Of a stretch of 64,000 nt of DNA, positions 1 to 9,125 are shown piece after piece; the stretch's first letter is position 1, and each line of letters opens with the position of its first letter. Under the pieces are notes generated by a model. The model searched no databases. It had not been told where the DNA came from and was given only the letters and a program-made list of their open reading frames with translations. Both the position numbers and the translations under genes were made by a program. Source of the DNA: Candidatus Didemnitutus sp. (GTDB lineage: Bacteria; Verrucomicrobiota; Verrucomicrobiia; Opitutales; Opitutaceae). The stretch is taken from positions 294,897 to 358,896 of the forward strand of contig JAHCAY010000002.1 of NCBI GenBank assembly GCA_019634575.1, in the 5' to 3' direction.

Positions 1-567
1 TCGCACTCCGACGCGACATTGGTGGAGCAAGTCGAATTGCTCCGCGCCCAGTTGCCGCGCGACGCCGCGGCCCGCACACGCGCCGCGCACGCCGCATGGC
101 TCGACGCCTTCGGCCGCTCGCCCACGGACGCCGAACTGCGCGCCGAGTCCGCGCTTCCCCTCACCTATACCGAACGCCTGCAACGCCACGTCGCCCGCTT
201 GGCCGCGCAACCGGCCGAGTTCCGCGACGTTCTCCAGCGCGCCTACCAACTCGTCGTCCATCGCGACGCCTACGCGGAGGAGGTCGACTACTGGCATCCG
301 CACGGCGCGCTGAGCTTCGTCGCCCTCGTCGCCTGTCTCGAGGACTGGGCGCGGCGCAACCAGCCCGGCCTGATGATCACCGCCGGCACGCCCACGGTGC
401 CGTTGCGCAGCCGCGCCGTTTGCCTCGTTCCCCTCTCGCCGGCCATCGCCGCCGAAGCACGCCCGTTGGTCGGCTCGCTTGACGTCCACTCCCGGGTCCT
501 CGCCGTCGGAGCCCGCTCGCTCCGCACACCCGGCAACATGCACCTCGCGCTCGTCGGCCGCGACTGA
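1..567 (+). CDS. Hypothetical protein, 5'-truncated at window edge
   Basis: Frame is open from position 1 to TGA at 565-567 with host-like codon usage; no recognisable motif. Confidence 0.6.
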   Translation, partial: SHSDATLVEQVELLRAQLPRDAAARTRAAHAAWLDAFGRSPTDAELRAESALPLTYTERLQRHVARLAAQPAEFRDVLQRAYQLVVHRDAYAEEVDYWHPHGALSFVALVACLEDWARRNQPGLMITAGTPTVPLRSRAVCLVPLSPAIAAEARPLVGSLDVHSRVLAVGARSLRTPGNMHLALVGRD

Positions 568-625
568 GCGCACGGCGGAGAAATCCGATCTGGCTTCGAC
601 GCGCGCGCTCACGCACGTTTCCGCC

Positions 626-1171
626 ATGCCGCTCCCGACGCGCGACGCCGCCACCGTCCTGCTCCACCAGCATGTGCAGGACGCCTACCAACGCACGCAC
701 GCCGTCATGGTGGCCACCGCGCTCGAAGGCTACGCCGCGCACCTGAACGAGCCCGTCAACCTGTGGTTCGTCACCGGCCTCCTGCACGATCTCGATTTCG
801 AGGAGCATCCCGCCGCGCACCCCGGCCCGTCCCTGCAATGGTTCAAGGAGTGGGACTACCCGCTCGACCTGCTCCACGCCGTCGAGGCGCACGCCTACGG
901 CTACAACGCCTTCCAGACCCTGCCGCAAACGAAGCTCGCCGCCGCCCTGCTCGCCACGGACGAACTGTGCGGACTCTTCTACGCCTACCGGAAGATGAAC
1001 CCGGTGCCCTACGCGGACATGAAACCGTCCTCGATCCGCAAGAAATTCAAGGAGCCAGCCTTCGCGGCGAAGATCGACCGCAGTGTAATCGAACTCGGCG
1101 TGCAGCACCTCGGCCTCCCGCTCGAAGAACACATCGCCAACGTCGGCCGCTTCCTCGCACCGCTGAAGTGA
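626..1171 (+). CDS. HD/HDIG-domain metal-dependent phosphohydrolase
   Basis: H...GLLHDLDFE...HP motif, EAH and a later DEL; start moved to ATG 626 (MPLPTRDAA). Confidence 0.85.
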   Translation: MPLPTRDAATVLLHQHVQDAYQRTHAVMVATALEGYAAHLNEPVNLWFVTGLLHDLDFEEHPAAHPGPSLQWFKEWDYPLDLLHAVEAHAYGYNAFQTLPQTKLAAALLATDELCGLFYAYRKMNPVPYADMKPSSIRKKFKEPAFAAKIDRSVIELGVQHLGLPLEEHIANVGRFLAPLK

Positions 1172-1184
1172 ACGCCACATTGCC

Positions 1185-1616
1185 ATGCGTTTCGTTCGTT
1201 CCTCATTGATCGGCCGCCCATCGCGTCGCCAGCTGTTCGCGGCGCCGTTCACGAACATTCTCTTCGTCCTTCTCGGACTCGTCGCGCTCATCATCATCGC
1301 CACCCCGCTGCGTCAGTTTTGGGACCACGACATCGCCGGGGGAGACTGGTGGGGACAGCATTCTGAATCGACGGCCGTCGTCATCACCGCGATGGAAAAC
1401 GACGGCTACTACTGGGACGCCGCCGGACCTTTTGCCATCGACTCCTTCGATCAACGCCTCGCGAACTGGATGAAAGACACGCCCGACCCCGCCGTAATCA
1501 TCGCAGCCGATGAAACGGCCCGGATGGGCGCAGCGATCCGCCTGCTCGACGTCGTGCGCCGTCACGGCATAGCTCGCGTCACGGTGGAAACGCGGACTCG
1601 CTCCACACCGCAGTGA
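1185..1616 (+). CDS. exbD: ExbD/TolR family biopolymer transport protein
   Basis: Single N-terminal TM helix (TNILFVLLGLVALIII) and C-terminal VIIAADETARMG...LLDVVRRHGIARVTV. Confidence 0.7.
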   Translation: MRFVRSSLIGRPSRRQLFAAPFTNILFVLLGLVALIIIATPLRQFWDHDIAGGDWWGQHSESTAVVITAMENDGYYWDAAGPFAIDSFDQRLANWMKDTPDPAVIIAADETARMGAAIRLLDVVRRHGIARVTVETRTRSTPQ

Positions 1617-1688
1617 CGCCCGGCGTCACGCGAGCGCGCGGCATTTCGGAGATCGGCTGCCGCGATTCGCGCCCGATCTAAACCGGAC

Positions 1689-2189
1689 TATTTTCAGTGC
1701 TATTCTGTCCGCGCGCCGCTCTTCGACGCGACCGCGTTCATCCAATCCGGTGCGTGGAAAGCGCTCCGCGCAACGCCGTCCTTCGCCTTGCGCGCCCCGC
1801 AGGCGGTGAAAAACCGAATTCCGCTCCGCGACCGGACGCTCGAACTGGAGTCCGCGCTTCTCCACGACGACGACGACCGACGCACCGTCGTCCGGGCCTT
1901 GCGCCAGATCATCGCGGACGACGGCGGCGGAAAAATCCGTGCGCTGCGCGCCGACGAGATGACGCGCTGGTGGACGTTTATCGCCTTCGACATCGCCGAA
2001 CCCGTATTCGTGCTCGAAACGGCCAACGGTCGCCACCGCTTCATTCTTTCCTGCGCGCATGGAAAAGTGGCGCTGTCGACGAGCTCAACGGACTGCCCGA
2101 GATTTGAATCGCACGGCTGGCGCTCACCTCCGCTGGCGAACGAACGATTCGAATGCGCCGCGAAACGGCGATTGCACCGGCTCCGCTGA
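1689..2189 (+). pseudogene. Possible frameshifted or degraded hypothetical gene
   Basis: Protein-like frame (LELESALLHD...RWWTFIAFDIAEPVFVLET...GKVAL) appears to continue in another frame (VDELNGLPEI*, stop 2107); no clear ATG. Confidence 0.3.
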
Positions 2190-2207
2190 CTCGCGTAGTA
2201 AACGGAC

Positions 2208-2615
2208 ATGGCCATCGCATACCGCATCTTGCCTGCCCAGCGACTGGTTCACACTTGGACCGACGGCGCGCTGACGGATGCCGACCTCGCGGCGCATCGC
2301 GCGCAATTGCTCGCCGACCCGAACTTCCGGCCCGAGTTCGATCAACTCGTGGAATGCCTCGGTGCCCAACCCAGCTCGATTTCGCAGCGCGGCGTTTCCA
2401 CGAGCGTGACCGAGACGGTCTTCTCGCCGAAATCCCGGCGCGCCTTCGTCGCCGTGAAAGACATTTCGTTCGGTGTGGCGCGGATGTTCGCCCTCATGCA
2501 ACCGCCCGGGACGCAAGTGGAAGTCTTCCGCGCAGTCGAACCCGCGCTCCGGTGGCTCGGACAGTCCCCGGACGCGGTGACGCCCGTGTCCGCCGCGCGC
2601 GGCGAGGAACGCTAA
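2208..2615 (+). CDS. Hypothetical protein, STAS/SpoIIAA-like (STAS/SEC14-type) fold likely
   Basis: Pattern ...RRAFVAVKDISFGVARMF...QVEVFRAVEPALRWL is typical of these small alpha/beta proteins. Confidence 0.65.
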   Translation: MAIAYRILPAQRLVHTWTDGALTDADLAAHRAQLLADPNFRPEFDQLVECLGAQPSSISQRGVSTSVTETVFSPKSRRAFVAVKDISFGVARMFALMQPPGTQVEVFRAVEPALRWLGQSPDAVTPVSAARGEER

Positions 2616-4015
2616 CGCTGGCCGCCGCGCGGATCGAGCAGCCGCCCCGCGGCGCGTGCCGCGACGAGCATCACGGCACACGCGCCGCCGACGAGCGCGG
2701 CGTGTAGGAACCAGAATTGCGGGCCACTCATCTTTTCGAGCAGGCCACCCAGCCAGCCCACGAGGCTGTTGCAGGCGAAGAGGTGCAGGTAATACACGCC
2801 CATGATCGTGCCCGAAATGCGCTTCGGCGCGGCGCGCGCATACATCGCCAGCCCCACGGGAAACACGTTTGCGAAGCCGATGCTGTTGAGCACCTCGAAG
2901 CCGAGCACCCAGCCGATGCTCGCCTTCTGGCCGCCCGCCGCAGCCAGCGCGGCGCCGGCGAGACACAGCGCACCGCACGCGCTGATGCCGAGACCGAGCG
3001 TGATCTTCACCACCTCGCTCGGTTCCGCAAAGCGCTTCGCCCACCACCGCCAGAAGCCCACGGCGCCCACGAGCGACGACACGCTCACGATCGCATCGAG
3101 CGTCACGAGCCACGTCGTCGGCATCGTCTTGCCGAAGAAGACGAGGCTCACGTGCTCGGGCACCCAGACGAGGTAGGAGTTGAAAATCTGCTGGTTCGCC
3201 ACCGCACCGGCCGCGAGCACGGGCAACAGCGCGATCAGCACCGCCGTCACGATCCATTCGTCGCGGGTCAACGACGGCCGCTCGGTTTCGCGCGCGACCT
3301 TGCGTGCGCCGCGCTCCTCGGCCGGTAGCCATTTGCGCCCGGCCAGGTAAATGACGAGCCCGATCACCATGCCGACGCCGGCCGCACCGAAGCCGTAGTG
3401 CCAGCCCCAGACTTCGCCCAGCGTGCCGGTCACGAGCGGCGCGACGATCACCGCGCCGTTGATGAACAGATAGTAGATTTGATAGGCGTCCGCGCGGCGC
3501 AGGTCCTCGGGTTTATACAGCGCGCCGACCTGGCTCGCGAGGTTGCCCTTGAAGCATCCGACGCCGACGAGGAGGCACAGCAGCGCGAGCAGGAAAGTGT
3601 AATCGAACGCCATCAGGAAATGCCCCGTCGCCATCAGCAGCGCGCCGATCGTCACCGTGCGTGTGCGGCCGAGCCAGCGGTCCGCGATGAAGCCGCCGAC
3701 GATCGGCGTGAGGTAGACGAGCCCCGCATAGAGTCCGAAGATCGCCGAGGCCGTCGCCACCACGCTCATCGCGCTGCCGCCGCCGTAAGTGTTCTCCAGC
3801 CAGACACGGAACTTGGCAAAACCACCCACACCCTCCACGCGACCGGGCAACAGGAGCTGCTTGGTCATGTAGAGCACCAACAGCGTCTGCATGCCGTAGT
3901 AGGAGAAACGCTCCCACGCCTCCGCGAATGCGATGTAGCCGAGGCCGCGCGGATGGCCGAGGAACGCGCGATCGTCCTCACGACCGCTAACCGGGGTAAC
4001 AGGAGACGTGGTCAA
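2612..4015 (-). CDS. POT/PTR family proton-dependent oligopeptide MFS transporter
   Basis: FLGHPRGL, EAWERFSYYGM (ExxERFxYY) signature, GGFIADRWLG, multiple TM segments. Confidence 0.93.
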   Translation of the reverse strand: MTTSPVTPVSGREDDRAFLGHPRGLGYIAFAEAWERFSYYGMQTLLVLYMTKQLLLPGRVEGVGGFAKFRVWLENTYGGGSAMSVVATASAIFGLYAGLVYLTPIVGGFIADRWLGRTRTVTIGALLMATGHFLMAFDYTFLLALLCLLVGVGCFKGNLASQVGALYKPEDLRRADAYQIYYLFINGAVIVAPLVTGTLGEVWGWHYGFGAAGVGMVIGLVIYLAGRKWLPAEERGARKVARETERPSLTRDEWIVTAVLIALLPVLAAGAVANQQIFNSYLVWVPEHVSLVFFGKTMPTTWLVTLDAIVSVSSLVGAVGFWRWWAKRFAEPSEVVKITLGLGISACGALCLAGAALAAAGGQKASIGWVLGFEVLNSIGFANVFPVGLAMYARAAPKRISGTIMGVYYLHLFACNSLVGWLGGLLEKMSGPQFWFLHAALVGGACAVMLVAARAAGRLLDPRGGQR

Positions 4016-4136
4016 GTCCGCACGCTCGCCTCGGTCCGCAGCGGAGGCAAGCCGCCAGTCGTGGCCGGCCCGACGCGAATAGGTCGCCCGGTTTTCCGCC
4101 TCCGCTCCCTGCGCGATGCGAACTCAAGGTCACCCC

Positions 4137-4622
4137 ATGACCACGCTCGCCTCGCCCACCCTGTCCTCTTTCGCGATCACACCGATCTCCGCCGCCTTCG
4201 TCACACGCGTGCGCACCACGCTGCGCGACGACTTCGGCCGCGCCGTCGCCGTGACGACCGCCGCGGGCGGCGAACCGATGCGCGACCAGCTGCGGCGCGC
4301 CGCGCCCGGTGAGCGTCTCATTCTTTGCAGCTATCAAGCCGTGGCGCTGCCGAGTCCGTTCGCCGAGATCGGCCCGGTCTACGTGAGCGCCGACGCGCCG
4401 GCGCCAGCGCCGTTCCGCAGCGAGCTGCCGTCCGGATATTTCAACCGCATCTTCGCCCTGCGGGCCTACGATCGTTTCGACCGCATCGTCGACTCCACGC
4501 TCGTCGAACCGGTGGCCGCCGCGGCGAAATTCGCCGAATTTCTGGCCCGCGACGACGTGGCCTACCTGCACGCGCGCTTCGCGGGCCACGGCTGCTTCGC
4601 CGCCCGCATCGAGCGATCCTGA
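4137..4622 (+). CDS. DUF1203 family protein
   Basis: DDFGR...GGEPMRDQLR...GERLIL.SY...SPFAEIGPVYV...LRAYD...YLHARFAGHGCFAARIER. Confidence 0.85.
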   Translation: MTTLASPTLSSFAITPISAAFVTRVRTTLRDDFGRAVAVTTAAGGEPMRDQLRRAAPGERLILCSYQAVALPSPFAEIGPVYVSADAPAPAPFRSELPSGYFNRIFALRAYDRFDRIVDSTLVEPVAAAAKFAEFLARDDVAYLHARFAGHGCFAARIERS

Positions 4623-4664
4623 CGCACCGGCCCAGTGAAGGCCGCGCCCGCCGGCTCGCGGCGC

Positions 4665-4883
4665 TCAGTTCTCCTTGCGGGCAAACACCCAGATCCCAAT
4701 CGCCAGCGTCGCGATCAGCAGCGTCGGCACCACCACCCACGCCGGTCGGATCGGCACCTGCCAGCGGTCGATGGCCCAGCAAACCGTCACGCATTTCGCC
4801 AGGATCAGCAGCCACGCCCCCGCGAGAAACCAACGCATACGCAGCGGATAGCGGTGTTCGTCCACATGGTAGGAGAGGTTCAT
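4665..4883 (-). CDS. Small two-TM hypothetical membrane protein (72 aa)
   Basis: Two hydrophobic segments (WFLAGAWLLILAKC; WVVVPTLLIATLAIGIWVF). Confidence 0.65.
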   Translation of the reverse strand: MNLSYHVDEHRYPLRMRWFLAGAWLLILAKCVTVCWAIDRWQVPIRPAWVVVPTLLIATLAIGIWVFARKEN

Positions 4884-5045
4884 GCGGGGATTTTACCCCC
4901 GCCCGCCCGCTGCTGCTCCGCATGGGTTGCTCCGCCCGCCGGCGGGTGGCGACGCCGGGACAAACTCCCAAACCCCGCGCTCGCGCAGTTTTTTCAAATA
5001 AACCATCCTCGTCGCACGTCAGATCAGGAACCCACCCGGCCCACC

Positions 5046-6359
5046 ATGAAAACACCCCTGCTCGTGGCCACCTGCATCCTCGCGCTCGTCATGCCGAGTC
5101 GCGCCTTCGCCGAGGAAGCGACGATCCTCCTCCCTTCCGATCAGATTGAAACCCTCGTCGCGCCCATCGCGCTCTATCCCGATCCGCTCGTCGCGCTGAT
5201 CCTGCCAGCGTCGACGCACCCGTCCGACGTGGTGCTCGCCGCGCGCTACCTCGCCGGTGGCGGTTCGCCCGAGACCGTCCTCGACCAGCCGTGGGACGAG
5301 ACCGTCAAGGCGCTCACGCGTTACCGCGAAGTCGTCGACTACCTCGACCGCAACCTCGAGTGGACCCGCCGGCTCGGCGACTGCTTCGCCGCGCAGCCCG
5401 ACGACGTCATGGACGCCATCCAGTCGCTCCGCGCCCGCGCGCGCGGTCAGGGCCTCCTCGCCGACAACGCCCAGCAGCAAGTCATCCTCGAATCCGACGA
5501 GATATGCATCGTCCCGACGAACCCGACCGTCATCTATATTCCGCGCTACGACCCCGTCGTGCTTTGCGGACCGATCGTCACGACCTACTTCGCGAGCAGC
5601 TGGCTCTCCTTTGGCGTCGCCTACAGCGTCGGCCCCTGGCTGAGCTACGACTGCGACTGGCGCTCGCACTACGTGCGCGTGAATCGCCGGCCCGCCAGCT
5701 GGTATTACCAACCCGACTGGCACCGCCGGCGCGAGTCGGTCGCCTGGACGCGCTGGACGCCGCCGCCCCGCCACGAGCGCCATTGGGAACGCGATGGCGA
5801 TGCTCCGCGCGGCAACGACCGCCGCTGGATCGGCGCCGGCCAGACCGTTTGGAACAACCCGCCGGCATCTCCGCGGCACGCGCCATCCGGCCCGTCTCGC
5901 GAGCGCGATTCCCGTTGGAACAACACTCGTCCGCGCCGCGAAACCGGCAACGAAATCGCCACCGCACCGAGCGTCGTCGCCACCGCCCCCGACGTCCCGA
6001 CCGCTCCTGTCGTCTCCTCGCAGCCTCCGGGCCGCAGCAATCAACCGCCCCCCGAGCGCACGCGCGAGCCGCGCCGCTTCCCGCGCAACGACGGCGACTC
6101 CCCACGCTCCGACCGCGGCCCGCGCTCCAATTCCCGGCCTCTCGGCGTCACCGGACCGATGACAAATCCGCCGCCGATGACGTCATCGCCCGTCGGTCCT
6201 CCGGTGCAACCGCCCGCACCGATGACCCGCAGCTACGAGCCGGCGAATCCACCCGCCCGCACCGAGCGCAGCGACCGGACCGACCGCTCCGACCGCGGCG
6301 ATCGCAACGACCGCGGTGGTCGCTGGGACCGCAACAACGACCGGCAACAACCGCGCTGA
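5046..6359 (+). CDS. DUF3300 domain protein with long Pro/Arg low-complexity tail
   Basis: Signal peptide, then QIETLVAPIALYPDPLVALILPAST...WDETVKAL...DVMDAIQSLRARA...ICIVPTNPTVIYIPRYDP. Confidence 0.9.
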   Translation: MKTPLLVATCILALVMPSRAFAEEATILLPSDQIETLVAPIALYPDPLVALILPASTHPSDVVLAARYLAGGGSPETVLDQPWDETVKALTRYREVVDYLDRNLEWTRRLGDCFAAQPDDVMDAIQSLRARARGQGLLADNAQQQVILESDEICIVPTNPTVIYIPRYDPVVLCGPIVTTYFASSWLSFGVAYSVGPWLSYDCDWRSHYVRVNRRPASWYYQPDWHRRRESVAWTRWTPPPRHERHWERDGDAPRGNDRRWIGAGQTVWNNPPASPRHAPSGPSRERDSRWNNTRPRRETGNEIATAPSVVATAPDVPTAPVVSSQPPGRSNQPPPERTREPRRFPRNDGDSPRSDRGPRSNSRPLGVTGPMTNPPPMTSSPVGPPVQPPAPMTRSYEPANPPARTERSDRTDRSDRGDRNDRGGRWDRNNDRQQPR

Positions 6360-6400
6360 GCCGCGCTTGCCCCCGCCGACAGCGCGCATAGGGTCCCGCC

Positions 6401-6865
6401 ATGCTCCGCCTCCTGCTGCGCCCGCTCGCCGGTCTCGTTCTCGGTTTCTCGCTGCTCTCCCCGCTCGTCCACGCGGCCGAAGCCCCCGCCCCGGACACAG
6501 CAAAGCGCGAGATCGCGGCACTGCTGCAGGAATTTCTTTCGCGCGTCGATGACCCCGCGATGCACGCGCGCTTCTGGGCCGACGACCTGATCTACACCAG
6601 CGGCAAGGGCGAAGTGAAGACGAAGGCCGAGATCGTCGCCGGCGTCGCCGCCGCCGCCAAGGCCTCGACGCCCGCCACGCCGCGCACGAGCTACGGCGCG
6701 GAAGATATTCGCGTGCGCCCCTATGGCGAATTCGCCGCGCTCAACTTCCGCCTGCTCGTGAAAAACCCCGACGGCACGCAGTGGTATTCGCGCAACAGCG
6801 GCGCGTTCCTCTGGCGTCACGGTCAATGGCAGGTCGTCACCTGGCAAGCGACCCGCGAACCCTGA
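6401..6865 (+). CDS. NTF2-like (DUF4440/SnoaL) exported protein
   Basis: Signal peptide; WADDLIYTSGKGEVKTKAE; C-terminal FLWRHGQWQVVTWQAT. Confidence 0.8.
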   Translation: MLRLLLRPLAGLVLGFSLLSPLVHAAEAPAPDTAKREIAALLQEFLSRVDDPAMHARFWADDLIYTSGKGEVKTKAEIVAGVAAAAKASTPATPRTSYGAEDIRVRPYGEFAALNFRLLVKNPDGTQWYSRNSGAFLWRHGQWQVVTWQATREP

Positions 6866-6868
6866 CGG

Positions 6869-6995
6869 CCGGAAGCCGGACAACGGAGGACTGAGGACGG
6901 AATACTGAGGACAGGCACCGGGCCGCCATCACGCTCCGTCATCTGCTTTCCGCTCTCTGTTCTCAGTTCTCCGTCCTCAGTCTTCCGTTCTCCGT
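6869..6995. repeat. Inverted pair of 7-nt-period tandem repeats (hairpin) between convergent genes
   Basis: ACGGAGG/ACTGAGG/ACGGAAT heptamers followed by complementary TCTCCGT/CCTCAGT/CTTCCGT heptamers. Confidence 0.75.
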
Positions 6996-6997
6996 AA

Positions 6998-8125
6998 TCA
7001 GTCCAACACGCGCCGCAGCGCGCGGTGACATTTCTCCATTTCCTCGGGCAACCCGATGCTGATGCGCGCCCATTCCAGCAGCGGCGGAAACGGCCGGCCG
7101 ACCTCCACGCCTTCCGCGCGCATCTTCGCGATGAAATCCTGCACCGGCATGCCGGTGCGGAAGAACACGAAATTCCCGTGCGGCACCGCATGCGTCCGCC
7201 CGAGCGCCGTGACCTCGGCGATGAGCGCTTCGCGCCCGGCCTGGATCTTCGCGCGCGTGGCCTCGACGTAAGCGGCGTCCTTGAGCGAGGCGATCGCCGC
7301 CGCAATCGTGACGATGCTAAGGCTGCCCGTCATGCGCGCCTTCAGCGACACCGCCAGTTTCTCCGGCATCACCGCGTAGCCGAGCCGCATGCCAGCCAAG
7401 CCGAAGATCTTCGAAAACGTGCGCGCCACGACGACGTTGTGCCCCTCGACCGCGAGCGGCGCACAGGTGCGGCCGGCGAAGTCGTCGCTCAGTTCGAGAT
7501 ACGCCTCGTCGATGAACACCGTGGTCCGCTTCGCCTGCTCGCGCACGAAGGCCTTGAGTTCCGCCGCGTCGCACACGGTGCCGGTCGGGTTGTTCGGATT
7601 CACGATGTAGATGCACTTCGTCCGCTCGGTCACCGCCGCCGCCATCGCCGGCAGGTCGTGTTCGAACCGCGCGTTCAACGGCACGCGCACGGCGCGCCCG
7701 CCCACCCGGTCGGCCGCGAGCACCAACTGCATGTAGCTCGGGTCCGCCGCAATAACTTCACCGTGGTCGAAACCGAAATGAAATCCCGCCACATCGAGGA
7801 TCTCGCCCGAGCCCGCGCCCATCACGATCTGCTCCGGCCGACAGCCCTCGCGGCGCGCGATGAGTTCCAGCAACTCTCGCTCCTCGGCGTCGGCGTAGCG
7901 GAACGCCTGCGTGTTCGCCGCGTGCGTCATCGCCGCCTTGGCGGAGGCGGCCGGGCCGAACGGGTTCTCGTTGTAGTTGAGTCGGACGAGTCCGGGCGCG
8001 ACGACGAAGCGGCGCGGCGCGGCGGGTGTCTGGGCGGGGAGCGGCGAACGCGAGGCCAGAGCCGTCGCGGCGAGCGTGGCGCCGGCGGCTTTGAGCCACT
8101 GGCGGCGGTTGAGGAGCGTGGTCAT
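6998..8125 (-). CDS. HisC-like class I/II PLP-dependent aminotransferase with Tat signal peptide
   Basis: LNRRQWLK twin-arginine leader; LNYNENPFG, NPNNPTG, IDEAY, RTFSKIFGLAGMRLGY (PLP Lys). Confidence 0.88.
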   Translation of the reverse strand: MTTLLNRRQWLKAAGATLAATALASRSPLPAQTPAAPRRFVVAPGLVRLNYNENPFGPAASAKAAMTHAANTQAFRYADAEERELLELIARREGCRPEQIVMGAGSGEILDVAGFHFGFDHGEVIAADPSYMQLVLAADRVGGRAVRVPLNARFEHDLPAMAAAVTERTKCIYIVNPNNPTGTVCDAAELKAFVREQAKRTTVFIDEAYLELSDDFAGRTCAPLAVEGHNVVVARTFSKIFGLAGMRLGYAVMPEKLAVSLKARMTGSLSIVTIAAAIASLKDAAYVEATRAKIQAGREALIAEVTALGRTHAVPHGNFVFFRTGMPVQDFIAKMRAEGVEVGRPFPPLLEWARISIGLPEEMEKCHRALRRVLD

Positions 8126-8179
8126 CGTGGCGGGGGTAAAGGCGTGGCGCCGCGCGAATCGCCCTGCCGCGCGACGGGA

Positions 8180-9037
8180 TCAGTGCGGACTGACCGGCGG
8201 CAGCGGCTGGCCCTTCATCTGTTCGTTCGCGCAATCGGCGCAGATGCCGTGCGTGAAACGGATGCGGTCGCGCTTCTCGAAAAACTCCTCCACCTGCTGC
8301 CAGTAGCCGTCGTCGTCGCGCACTTTCTTGCACCAGGCGCAGATCGGCAGCAGCCCGGAAAGCGTCTCCACCTCGGCGCGCGCGCTCGAGAGCTCCTCGT
8401 GGCGCTGTTGCAGCACGGCGATGAGCAGCGCGACGAAGAGCGCCACCATGAAGAAACTCACCTCGAGGTCGCCGACGATCTGGAGCGCATCCGCGACCTG
8501 CGACCAGCCGCCCGCCGCCGAAAGCAGCGCCAGCGACATGCGCGCGATGTGAAACGCGGCGTGGAGCAGGAACGCGTTCGCCGGCGCCACGAGCGAGCGC
8601 CAGAAAACCGCCGGCCCCTGCCGCAGGATGAAAAAGCTCGCCAGCGAGAGCGAGGACCAGACGGCGCCGTTGGTGAACATGCGCCACGGCGTCTTCTGCC
8701 CGAGCCAGATGAAATAGATCAGCGCCGCCGCGTGAAACACCAGCACGCCGGCGAGCAGCGCCCACGGGCGTCTGCGCCGCGCCGTGGCGCTGGCGCCAAG
8801 CACGAGCGCCGTCTGCCCGATCGTCACCATGAGCGTCGGCACGAACCGCGCGAAAACCTCCGACGATTGCGGCCGCGCCGCGAAACACACATCGGCGGCG
8901 ACCATCGTCCAAGCCGCGATCGTCCACGCCCGCATCGCCTCGGTGCGACTCTGGACCAGCCAGTAGTGGGTCATCAAACCGGACAGAATCACTCCAATGA
9001 CGATGTTCGTCAGATAAATCGTAGATTCTTGATCCAT
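8180..9037 (-). CDS. Multi-TM membrane protein with C-terminal LLPICAWCKKVRD...HGICADC Cys-rich domain
   Basis: About 7 hydrophobic segments, short coiled coil, conserved CxxC...HGICxxC tail. Confidence 0.8.
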   Translation of the reverse strand: MDQESTIYLTNIVIGVILSGLMTHYWLVQSRTEAMRAWTIAAWTMVAADVCFAARPQSSEVFARFVPTLMVTIGQTALVLGASATARRRRPWALLAGVLVFHAAALIYFIWLGQKTPWRMFTNGAVWSSLSLASFFILRQGPAVFWRSLVAPANAFLLHAAFHIARMSLALLSAAGGWSQVADALQIVGDLEVSFFMVALFVALLIAVLQQRHEELSSARAEVETLSGLLPICAWCKKVRDDDGYWQQVEEFFEKRDRIRFTHGICADCANEQMKGQPLPPVSPH

Positions 9038-9125
9038 GGCCCGGGGATGGAAGCCAGCTTGCAGCCGTTGGCGGCCTTGGAAAGCGGTTTTCTCGTAAAC
9101 TTTGCCGCGCCCACCACCACGAGCT

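Noticed and set aside
6250-6350. 9-nt repeats at the end of the DUF3300 gene, considered as a CRISPR-like or VNTR array
   Set aside because: Degenerate codon repeats of a DR[SGN] low-complexity tail; no spacers and no cas genes.
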